DNA of 64,000 nucleotides from Chara braunii (lineage: Eukaryota > Plantae > Charophyceae), in the NCBI GenBank assembly GCA_003427395.1, contig BFEA01000025.1, positions 1,442,394 to 1,506,393 of the forward strand, given 5' to 3'. Both the position numbers and the translations under genes were made by a program. The notes below the pieces were generated by a model. That model had not been told where the DNA came from, ran no database searches, and worked only from the letters and a program-made list of their open reading frames with translations. Every line of letters starts with the position of its first letter. Within the stretch, counting starts at the first letter, position 1. Positions 52,591-64,000 of this stretch are shown piece after piece.

Positions 52591-52860
52591 TCATTTTAAG
52601 GCAGGACCTTTACCTTTCTTATCTCTCTCGTAGGCTCTAACTGTGTCGGGAGCTGTATCTAGAAGTTCCGTTCTAGTAAACCAGCGGTCGTCCTCGGGCT
52701 CCTGATAAGCGGATCGAACCTTATATTGTTTCTGTGGACGACCTCTACCTCCTGTTCTGAATACATCTTCACCTGCCGTCAATGTCATATCTTCCGTCCG
52801 TGTCTGGGGGGATCATGGATCTCCTAGATGGAAACTGTTGACTCGTGACAGCCGTGACCC
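52591..52860 (-). pseudogene. Chromodomain-like C-terminus of a Gypsy integrase (remnant)
   Basis: Frameshifted YDID..GEDVFRTGGRGRPQKQYKVRSAYQEPEDDRWFTRTELLDTAPDTVRAYE. Confidence 0.55.
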
Positions 52861-55800
52861 CTTCCAATGGATTCAGAAAGATGATCTACGCAGAATCCCG
52901 GTACTAGGGATGATGGCGGCGGGCGCAGCGCGGCCGGGAGCGCTGCGCCCCACCTGCGCAGTCGAACCGAACGGCACCCGGCAACAACAGGCGGTGGAGT
53001 GGCGCGAAGTCATGCGGTGCCGGGCGGTAACAAGCGGTGGAGCAGCGCGATCTCGGAGGAGAGGGTTTGGGGTGGTGGGAGGTGGAGGATGAGAGGCTTG
53101 GAGTGATGGCTATGGGTGGATTGGTGATGTGGGTGGTGCAGCGTGCGGACAGGTTGGGGTTGCTATGAGGAGGCTGCTGGTGAAGGGTTGTGATGGGTAG
53201 GGCTGCCAGCATCATCATGGATCAAACTCTTATTCGAGCCACAGGATACGGGATGCCATGCGTCGAACGCGAAGGTGAGGGTGATGGACCAGCTTGGATA
53301 GGTAAGTGTTTTCATGATGGTATTACTCCATGGATCTTCTTAGTTTGGTTGGTACGTGTGGGGGATTGCTTGGTGCCGCGATCTGCCTGCGTCACAGGCT
53401 GACGGGGTTGAGATTGGGGAAGGGGCTGTTGCGCCATGCGTCTGGTGAACGGCTCCGATGAGGTCTCCCTGTGCTACGTGTTAGATGCCTCATGCGCCCC
53501 GTTTTGAAGGGTGAGGACGTCGAGGGGCGCGAGGGCGATGGTTCCCGCGAGGTAGGGGTGTCGTCACATGCGAGTGAAGGGGGAAGGGAGGGGAGAGGAG
53601 GAGAGGATTCATGGAGGAGTCTTTCTTGGTGTTTTCTTAGCATGGCATACTCACTTTTGATCCTCATGATTACGGACGCGTTGATTCCTGGATTTTGTTA
53701 CAAATATTTTCGAGATTGATCTTTTAATCCCATCAATTCAGAAAGGATAAGTATGTAACCCTTGATGCTCACCAAATGATGATGATCTAATTAGGTTTTC
53801 TGAATTGTGTCTTCTCTATTCTGAATTTCTGGTTCGAGTGTCGAAGACGTATTCTCGACATTTTTAATGTTGATGATCTGATTCAGTTTTTTTTGTATGG
53901 TTTCTGGAAAATAACTTCTTATACTTTTTCGTGCTATACATCTTCGCTAAGATTTCTCACATCGTGGTTTGGGAATCAGATTCGAAAATCCGTTATGGAT
54001 ATATAAGCCTAATTTTCGTATAATTTCTCGTGATTTTTGTCACTCGGGAGTCTTCCTTATCATTGATCTTATGGTCTTGTTTTTTTCTTGATTTATGATA
54101 CAAACTCGTTTCTAATCGTCGATGCCTAAAAGTGAGCTTCTGCAGTTTTTTAAATCCTATGATTACTAATCATAACACCGTGCGGTAAATTTTGATTCGG
54201 ATTGGCCTGTTAATTCCAACTTCCTGGTCTTGAGGGGGGTAACTGTGGCTTGCTGTGTATGCCTCTGGTGTCTTCCTTGAGGGTTGGAGCCTCCCCCCGT
54301 GAGGGTTTCACAAGGTGGGAGGTCTTATTCTCGGAGGGGGGTGGAGGTATTAAGGGATTGTTGTCTCTTAGCCAGACTGATTTAGGGTCGGATCAGTACT
54401 GGCGGGTGGGGAGAGAAGGCAAGGGGGTGGCTGCTAATAGCAGTGTTAGAATCTTTTGAGGAGTGATTTCCAGGGCTACACAGTGAGCCGAAGGGGGGGG
54501 GGGGGGAGCTAGGTTTGAAGGAAGGAAGGTAGTAAGGGGATTTTCAACAGCAAAGGCTGTTTGTTTGAGTAAGTAGGTCAGAAGGACGAGGCTGGGACGA
54601 CACAGGCCGGTGCTGGAGCCACTGCTCTGTAACCCAGGGAGAGCTTGAGGCCTGGGAAGTTATAACGAGGGTGGAAGGCATAACCAGATCGCCCGACATA
54701 GCTGGCGCTGGGGTATTGACCCTCTAACCTGCTTAGGGGCTTGCCGCTACGGGAATTGTCGAGGGAGGAAGGCATTTCGTGTCCGTCAGAGCTAGGTTGA
54801 TCGGTACTGGGGAGGGTTGTGGTGCCCTGTTACCCTAGGAGAAGGGGGTATGAGATCAAGTGAGTTCTGGTACGTGGGACGAAAGCTTGGACCGACGCTC
54901 CATCTGTTGGAAGGGGGAATCGATAATAGTGGACAATTTTAGTTTTGCCTCGCCCGTTCTTATATTTTTTAAGACACTTTTTGAATGTCCTAGAGAGATT
55001 TGGGTGCTTAGTGGTACTAGGATGTTTTTAGGACTTAGGGATCCCTACCGACTCGTCTTACGTGGCGTCATCGCTGTTGTACTCGAGACCTGCGATTGTT
55101 CGATGCCAGAACGACGCTGACCGGAGCTGGGGTGTTGCCTTGTAACCTGGGATGCAGGAGCGTGAGGTCTGGTAGAGAGATCTGGGGAGGTCTTGGGGGG
55201 GGTTCCCTCGGGACAACTAAGGGTTGCTGCCGGGACGACGCTGGCCGGAGCTGGGGTGAGTTACGTTGCCCTGTAACCCAGCAGAAAGTGGGGGTGTGAG
55301 ACCTGGAAGAGAGCGACAGAAGTGTACGACAGTTTTGGAGAACGTTGGAAGGGTGTGTGTGGGTTTTCAAAGTTCTTGGAACAATCGTTGGACCTCTGTG
55401 GCCTATTCTCTTGCTTCTGGAACGATGGTAAAAGTTAATAAGGTGAGTGGGAGAAGATGGTGGGTTATCACACATCTTACCAGTGAGGGGGCTAGCTGGT
55501 AGGATGAGAGTATGGCATATTAGCAGCAGTAGAGATGGTGGTTCTGCTGCAGTCAGTCTTGCCGGAGTGAGGCAAAGCGGATCGATGGGGCTTTTTCCGA
55601 GTCGTTTCTGAATTTTTTCATGAAGTTGTCATAAACATGTATGAAGTAGCTTTAATAGTTCTGAGTTACAGTCGGGTAATGGTCCCGGTATCTCAAAAAT
55701 ATTTCTAGTAGTTCCTTGTCTGATTTTCTTGAAATTGTCTGATGAAGTTTTCTGAAGTTTTTTTAACATACTCGTTATGGGACGTTGGGCCCGGTTCCCA

Positions 55801-57619
55801 GTTTGTGCCAATTAGTAAGGATGGTTGTATCTATGGGACGCTGGACCCGGTGTCGAGCGCATCGGTCCGGCACCGCACGCAGCAGCGCGGGACCCTCTCG
55901 GCCGCGTCACGCAGGAGTTGGACCAACCTCGTCACGAACACATAAGTGGATCTTCCTTAGGCCGCTCCGACCGAGTGCGCCAGCCATACCTCTCGCGAGC
56001 CCCTACGACAGGATAGGGCCTACGCGAGGCACAACTTACCTCCACCTTACGGGAGTTGTTACCTCCTTTCGGTGGGCGTATCCCCGCAGAGTTACTAGTC
56101 TACAGTACGAAAGCTAATCAATTGCAATCGCAGAGGTGGACCAGCCGAGGGCGTTTCCCGTTCGCTGTAGCATAGAAGGTACGCGCGGTAATACGCCTAT
56201 CGGACCCTCGCGCGAGCTGACATCTTGGGGGGCTGAAATCCCAAGCGCGACTCGACGTCGGTCGACTGGGACGCATCCCACACACCACGCGCACACCACT
56301 CTATCAACCACAAAACAACAACACACACACGCACATACATACACACGTAACGACCCGCACGAACAACGCGACACAAATAATACGACAACGCTCCTAGCTC
56401 CTCGGTAGCCGTCCCATAACTTTCCACTGCGGAAATTAGGTGGGCGTCGCGCGCGAGACTCGGTATAAAGCCGTGCGGACGCAGGACTATCTCATATCGA
56501 CTCGCAATGCAAGCGTATGCAAGCAGTCGCAATGACGACGTACTATGTAGTACCCATACTCACGCGGTCCTCGTTAATCTCGAGGGTCGTATTCGACACT
56601 AGAGTGTCGGCTAACACGCGCCTTGAGGGTTAATCTCTCGACGTTGGACAACCGCCATGCGCGGTTGAAAACCACACACCCTCTTCTGCACCTTATGCAG
56701 AGCGGGTGGTACAGAGGTCCACGCCTGTGGTGGTAGTCGTCTCTCGCGGCCCTGGGGGTAAGTCCTCCCCGGGCCTAGTCGAAAGTCAAGGGGTTTGACT
56801 TTGACGGCTGCCACGAAGTACAACGTCCAACCATACGAACTCCAAAAAGCAAGGGTAAAAAGGGTACCTCTCTTTCCCTCCCGAGACATAATCCAGTTAA
56901 CTCTTGTTCACACTCACAGTAACCCTCTCAAATACTCAGGGCACTTATAAATATACAAGGGTTGGTTATATAGGACGATCACTTCTCACAGTCACAGTGA
57001 GGCTCCTCTCAGCCATATATGTATGAAATTGCAGGCAATCACATCCAAAGTCCGAATCAGAACCATACCGGCAATCACATCAAAGATTCAACCAGAAGTC
57101 TACGCACTACACGGGGTCAACTTTAACCATTTCTCGCACTCATACCCCTTGCCTTAGCCATACAAGCCTCACTCGTGCAACTCTTAAATAAATACTCAAT
57201 ACTTTTGTTAGATGGCCATTCAATAAAGTCCGCGTAAAAACACAGCAAAACAATTCAAATCTCAAGGTTAAAGTCTTTAGGTTGAGTGACAGGAGTGAGT
57301 TGCAATTGAATCGTACACCGAAGAATCGGCAACCGACCTGTTATCAGTGATAACAGAAGATAATCCTTGTAGGATCAAGCTGAATGTAGTCCAAGTTCTG
57401 AATCAATCGATCTTGAAGACCTATAACATAAGATAGACCAATCCCCAAGCTAGAATCATAAGTGTATGCAGAAACAACTCCATAACACATTCTCATCCAA
57501 GGTTATCTGCCAACTAAGTCTAAGCTTACCCCTAAGCCAGTGCCCAAAGCAAAAGTAGACTAATGGCAGAATCTCCCCCATTCAGGGTGGATCGCCAGAA
57601 TCGCCACCTGTCAAAATAT

Positions 57620-58280
57620 AATCTAACTCCTCTAAGTCAAGGAAATTTCGGCATCGCTTCGCGTAGGAAAAATGCCTTTTCGGAATTTATATAAGTCCAA
57701 ATATCAAATGCAGGAATGATCTCTAACTCTGGAAAATCAAATTTTGTTTAACTCCCTGAAATAGTAGAATTTTAGACAGCACTCCCTTTAGAAAGGGAGA
57801 CTTCCCAGAATTGTACTAAGTCCGATATGAACTCAAAAGACAACTTGAGTTCAACTTAGACAAGATTAAATTAACTCCCTAGTTTTGCAGAAATTTCGAC
57901 ACCACTCCCTTTAGAAAAGTGTTATTCCAAAATTTATACAAAACTAAGTCCAGAATTTGAGAATAACTTTTACTTCTCAAAGCCCAATTTTGTCTAACCC
58001 CATGAATTAGCAAAAATTTGGTTAGCACTCCCTATAGAAAATGAGACTTTCCAAATTTCTACTACGTCATACATAAGGAAAAAATAAGTTGAACTTTGAC
58101 AAGTCAACAATTGGCTAACTCCTTGGATTTGTAGAAATTTCGGCAGCGTTTCCCGTAGATAAAGTAGCTTACCAAAATTTACACAAGGCCAAGTATAACA
58201 AAAAAATCCCACAAAATGCAAGAATTGATCTAAGTAAAAAACAACTTAGCTCAGAAAATGCAGGAATTGAAACTAACTCC
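57620..58280. repeat. Degenerate ~120-125-bp tandem array, 5 units plus a partial
   Basis: Each unit reads TAAC(T/C)CC..(G)AAATTT..TAGA(A)A..AATTT..AAGTCC, starting near 57624, 57748, 57871, 57994, 58114. Confidence 0.6.
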
Positions 58281-58482
58281 TATCCTCTAGCACATGGCGA
58301 GCCTCTAAAGCAACTACCTATCAACCTGAAACCCAAACCAAATAGTAATCTCATTCAGCCACATGCAGGTCAAACCACAAAGGTAAGTACTCTCACCAAC
58401 CCCAAGCTCCTTTAACAAACAATAGTTCATGCTTCCTAAGTAAGTTACCCCTTTATACCCAACTTACATAAGGCATAGGTTA

Positions 58483-59413
58483 GGGCACCTGAACTTACAG
58501 AGCGCGCTCAACTTAGCCAGGCCCAAAGTCAGAATACCTAAGCTTATAGACCGTTCTGGCTTGGCCGGGTATACACAAACAGAGGGCACAACTACTTCTC
58601 TCTTCTTTGGGCGTATGACTAGACCACTCTAGTCATCCTGAACTGTTTAAATAGCCAAGTTATAAATACCTCTCTGAACTTAGTCTTCAAAGGGGAAATA
58701 AGGCTGAGCCGCTCAACTCAGAACAATGCTAAGCCTGCCCAAGTTTACCTTCAGTTATATCTCTTAGTTATACTCTCTTCAGTTGTGATAAGCTATAGTC
58801 AGGCTACCTAAACTTATAGAGTGGTCTGACCAGCCTGTTCATAATAGCATAGTAATACAATATAGCCAGATTATGTACACTGGGTTCCCACATGTGCGAG
58901 GCATTGGGTCAGACTACCTAAACTTATAGAGCGGTCTGATCCTCTGCCAGGTTCGTTTCTCTCTGATCCAGTCTGTGTGAGACAGTGGGCCAGGCTACCT
59001 AAACTTATAGAGCGGTCTGTCCCCTGCCAAAATTATTCCCTCAGAACAAAACAGGAGAAGGGCTGAACCACCTAAGCTTATAGAGCGGTTCATACCTCCT
59101 CGTTCAGAACCAAAGAAATTGACAGAACTCCCAAATAAACAAGGCGACCTCGGGTACCTAAACTTATAGAGCGCCCTGAGCCCCTGAAAGTCAAACACAA
59201 TCAACCCTCACAAGTCAGAGCAGTCAGGTCACCTAAACTTATAGAGCGTCTTGACCCTCCATGCAATTCACAGCACTAGGTCTTCCCAAACTTACGGGGA
59301 CATCCCAACCTCCAGAGCTTTAGGCCACCTAAACTTATAGAGCGGCCTGAGGCTCCACACAATCCAAAAATAGAGAAAGCGTTGGGCTTCCCCAAACTTA
59401 CGGGGACCTCCCA
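58483..59413 (+). ncRNA. Array of 11 putative stem-loops with conserved core ACCTAAACTTATAGAGCG
   Basis: Core starts near 58487, 58536, 58806, 58916, 58997, 59070, 59156, 59231, 59327; CCCAAACTTACGGGGA variants near 59284 and 59390; outer stems differ between copies yet stay complementary. Confidence 0.6.
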
Positions 59414-62400
59414 GGCTTGACGACCCAATCAAATCGCACACAATACTGCCTTTCTCCCAATCCTTCCCCTCGATGCAACCGTCTCGTTCACAATCTGCTT
59501 TCAGGCAATCAACAAAACTGAAACTGAAGTCGCGCAGACATTCCTTTATTTAACCTGACTTATGTCCTGAAGGTCAAACCAAAATCAAATACAGGAGTCA
59601 CACACAATACACTCAATCACCCATAGAGAGATGTACAAATAGGGGCTATAACTGGGTTTATAGAGGGGGTCAGGGAATCACCACTCACTTCCCTGCCACG
59701 AGGACTCCTCCCGAGTCCCGGCAGAGCTCCCGCAATCGGTGGGGCGAACCTCCCACAAGGCCTTGGCGCGGTTCACGGGTCCCATGCCCACCTGCCGCCT
59801 TCCTCTCAGACCCAAAGGATTAGACTTAGAGTAAGAAGGGTAGGAGGAGAAGTTTTGAGTCTCTCAGATCCAAGAAGGGTGCTCTCAGACTCGTGCGAGA
59901 GGGCCTTGATGTCTTGGCTCGCCTGAGGGCCCCGCAATGGCGGCCAACTAACGGCTTGGTCAAGGACTTCAGACTATCGACGTAACCCCTCCGGGCGAGC
60001 CCACCAATTCACAACATCACCTCCCGCTTATCCTGACACTTCCCCTTTGCCCACACGCAGCTACTCCATTGCTAACATTAGACAAACAGCGGCAACACTT
60101 AGCACGCATCGGTTAGCAATAACAGTCCCTACCGTAGCACTTCCTGCATTCCGTGTCTCAGCATCCCTTTCCTCACTGTTCTGTCGAGACCCCCGCCGTG
60201 GAGCTGCCCCCCCTGACTGCAGTCTCCACTTGTACAGGCTTGGTACACCACTCCAGTCTAACCCCGATTCACCCGCAGTCTGTAGTCCATCTTCCAGTCT
60301 ACCCTGAACTGTCGGCTCACTAGGCAGGAATCTTCCTCCCTGCTTGCTCACCATCCCTCGCACCTACTACTACCTCTGGCTGGCAAGTGTGTACGACTGC
60401 AGACTAAACCAGGTCCACCCGAAGTCCGGGTGACAACCCCCACGAACAGNNNNNNNNNNNNNNNNNNNNNNNNNNNNNNNNNNNNNNNNNNNNNNNNNNN
60501 NNNNNNNNNNNNNNNNNNNNNNNNNNNNNNNNNNNNNNNNNNNNNNNNNNNNNNNNNNNNNNNNNNNNNNNNNNNNNNNNNNNNNNNNNNNNNNNNNNNN
60601 NNNNNNNNNNNNNNNNNNNNNNNNNNNNNNNNNNNNNNNNNNNNNNNNNNNNNNNNNNNNNNNNNNNNNNNNNNNNNNNNNNNNNNNNNNNNNNNNNNNN
60701 NNNNNNNNNNNNNNNNNNNNNNNNNNNNNNNNNNNNNNNNNNNNNNNNNNNNNNNNNNNNNNNNNNNNNNNNNNNNNNNNNNNNNNNNNNNNNNNNNNNN
60801 NNNNNNNNNNNNNNNNNNNNNNNNNNNNNNNNNNNNNNNNNNNNNNNNNNNNNNNNNNNNNNNNNNNNNNNNNNNNNNNNNNNNNNNNNNNNNNNNNNNN
60901 NNNNNNNNNNNNNNNNNNNNNNNNNNNNNNNNNNNNNNNNNNNNNNNNNNNNNNNNNNNNNNNNNNNNNNNNNNNNNNNNNNNNNNNNNNNNNNNNNNNN
61001 NNNNNNNNNNNNNNNNNNNNNNNNNNNNNNNNNNNNNNNNNNNNNNNNNNNNNNNNNNNNNNNNNNNNNNNNNNNNNNNNNNNNNNNNNNNNNNNNNNNN
61101 NNNNNNNNNNNNNNNNNNNNNNNNNNNNNNNNNNNNNNNNNNNNNNNNNNNNNNNNNNNNNNNNNNNNNNNNNNNNNNNNNNNNNNNNNNNNNNNNNNNN
61201 NNNNNNNNNNNNNNNNNNNNNNNNNNNNNNNNNNNNNNNNNNNNNNNNNNNNNNNNNNNNNNNNNNNNNNNNNNNNNNNNNNNNNNNNNNNNNNNNNNNN
61301 NNNNNNNNNNNNNNNNNNNNNNNNNNNNNNNNNNNNNNNNNNNNNNNNNNNNNNNNNNNNNNNNNNNNNNNNNNNNNNNNNNNNNNNNNTACCCCAAACG
61401 TAGGAGTAGCCACTTCGCTTGTCCGTTTTCGTTGGGAATTGCCTGAGCTATGCGTTCACCGCCCTTCCTCCTTCGACATAGCTCCCTCCNCCACCACCCG
61501 ACGCACTAANGNTTACTANGAACCACNTGTTCCACTAACTCTTCGCTAAAACTTACACCATAATCAAATCCGCTCGGGGTCAAAACCCCCGGACCACTTC
61601 CTTTCTCTCCCGAATNCATTGAGAATCGGGTTAGTTATGCNCGTTTNGCCNNNTTCACCATCNCCNGCTCGGCGCACCCCGTTTCCTCTCTATCTTCTAA
61701 TCCACTAACCTATCANNAGATCTAACNCCACCGATGAACTCGCCCCGGGTCAAAACCCCGGGAACGCCTCCTCCCTCGCTCGTTTTCGCTAAGAAGCGAG
61801 NGAGCTTNACCTTTCTATCTTCCTCCTCCCTCATCGCTCCGCCATCACAACTTTCGCACGCACCNGGCTCGAAACCGCGNCCGGGTTCGCCCCCGCTGNG
61901 CTATCGNTTACTCACCANGCAACACCATCTGGCCAGCCCCTNCCTCGTCTCCATCTGCGCCNGATCNGTCCGTCNTTNTCCCCCTGCTTTCCCACTCCCC
62001 GCTAGTTGCTGTTCTTCCCCTTCCTTTGNNTGCACCCGGTGCAGAGGGCCGTCCNCGTCCATCCTTCCTTTTCCTCTTTTCCGTTGACCCTGCTATGCGC
62101 CTTACCGGCCAACTAACCGAACGGGCCGACACTACCCCGCCTTTATAGTGCCGGGCCACAGGTGGCCGCCCTCACCCACCGCGTCTGGGCACTGCTGACT
62201 GTGCTCGGTAGAAGAGCCTCCCCGCCACTTGCCTCCCCTTTTCGTCCACACCTGGCTTTGTCCGCGTCCGGGTTCACTCCCGGATGTCTATATCAGCTCC
62301 TCACCGTGGTTGTGCGCCCCCCCGCCCCCTCGGCATAGTCCTAGTATTAGCAGATGTCCCGAAGGACTCGACCGGGGCAATGCCCCGCGGCTCCCCCAAA

Positions 62401-64000
62401 GGCCGCACGGCCTTTACCTCGGCCTATTGGTGGGGGTAGATACCGCCCCGTTCATTCTGCGTACGGATCCGGCCTGGTCCACGTCCGGGTTCAATCCCGA
62501 ATTTGCATATATCCTCGGATAGCGGCCGTACGAACCCTTGCTATACCACCCAATGCACCGCGCCCCAAGGCAAAACGGGGCACGACTCCGGCGCAGCCAG
62601 GAAAACAGTTTGTAATTGCGCTTCAGGCAACACCGCAAATACAACACACCCCCACGCGCTCCTACCGCAGTCCCGCTTCTCAAAGCGGGACTCGCTAGCA
62701 GACGGACCCAGAACAATAAACAAAAGTGAAATAAAATCAAATAAAAGTCGGGGAACCGCGGGGCTGCTGGCACCTCGCCAACCCCGCAGATTGGGCCCGC
62801 CGCAGCGCCCGTAAGCAAAACTGAGGGGGATAGCCCAACAGGGCCCTCAACCCCTCAAGTCTCGCTTCTCGCCGCTCCGATGCTGCTGCGCCGCCGCCCG
62901 CCGGCCTCGATTCCCGAACCTCCGTATCGTCAACCCAATGCCGTAACCTATAGGGCTAGGTCAAAGTCTGAGACCAATATTTGCGGAGTGCCATATAAGG
63001 CGGTACAACGCTGCGCTCATGACCAAGGAAATTGGCCTGAGCCTCACCTTCGCCTACAACCATGCGCGCGGCCGCCCAGCGTCCACGCCGACTAACCAAA
63101 AACTGTACCACGGCCGCCACTCGCGCCTCTCCGCGTTCTAAGACCTACCGCTGTCACACTGTCGTCGTCGTCGCCGCCGTCGAGGTCGTCCTATGTACGC
63201 ACGCGCAGGTCGTCCTCTGTACGCACGCGCAGGTCGCAGGCAAACACATTAGTCAGCGAGACCTACTCTTTTTGATCCCTACTTAATCAGAAGAAAAATC
63301 TGGCCGGCGGTCACGCCGACTCTCCAATCACCAAAAATAAAAAAATCACGCGCGCCTCAAAAATCCGCGCTCCCACACACACTCTATTCTACTCAACCAC
63401 CTAGTCAACGTAATCACAGACGCAGCCGCGCCTAGCGCGGTATACTTAAACTTTAAACCAAACTATTTTCTGTCACTTGCAAAAACCAGGGCGGATACCC
63501 TTGTAAGGGTATTCGCGCCGACAGCTTACCGGACCATATGACGTTGCTTCGCCAAATCAGGAAGCTACAAATTCATCCACACTCCAAATGCTGACAAGAA
63601 AGGAACCTATCTGATTAGCGGACAGACACAGGGTAGAGGCCTCCAACAATCCATGCCTCCATAACTATATGCTGCCAGGGTTTTAACCCGGGTCTCCGTT
63701 CGTCCTGACAATAGGACGCCGGTGTATTACGCATCGATACTACAACATCAGTTCCTAAAGGTCACCCCACACCGTCCTCTCCCCTTTGTCCTAGATTAAC
63801 GCCGGCCTCTCGTTGAGTGTTCCGGCTAGACTCTATCTCGTAAGCAGAGTCATACCCGGGACGCGGGCCTTAGATAAGACCTTAGAAGGCACTCTCGCCT
63901 CCTTCGCGAAAATCCTCGCAATCAAACGTATATATATATATATATGTATGCATAAACCTCCTCTCAGCTCTTTCTGCAGTGTAGTACAGAAATGTTAGGT

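Noticed and set aside
52900-55770. Decayed minus-strand coding-like region
   Set aside because: Multiple stops and no identifiable domain; cannot be assigned without a search
58483-59413. CRISPR array
   Set aside because: Repeat-spacer look, but only an ~18-nt core is shared, spacing is irregular, there are no cas genes and the context is eukaryotic
60348-61446. Long ORFs of ~340 aa
   Set aside because: They run through an N gap

Overview
Eukaryotic, repeat-saturated window with no recognisable host gene. Composition and element types resemble a charophyte alga such as Chara; this is inference, not checked. Main contents: (1) a degenerate L1/Tx1-type LINE RT fragment (0.26-1.4 kb). (2) A ~13.8-kb minus-strand Ty3/Gypsy element (2614-16379) with 2.5-kb LTRs, a 4-bp TSD, an iMet PBS, a C4HC3 PHD finger between RNase H and integrase, and extra 3' ORFs. 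(3) A 5'-truncated LINE with poly(A) tail and TSD (21052-22356). (4) A nearly intact Penelope-like element of the permuted Chlamys/Naiad type (26791-31700): gag-like ORF1 with GW repeats, a CCHC-like knuckle and a SAP-like motif, then GIY-YIG ahead of RT. (5) A solo LTR with a 5-bp TSD, further nested or rearranged LTR pieces, and a chromodomain remnant. (6) Several foldback MITE families, minisatellites and microsatellites. (7) An unclassified non-coding region (~56-63.5 kb) holding a degenerate ~120-bp array and 11 stem-loops with a conserved core and covarying stems (58483-59413), the most striking unexplained structure here.
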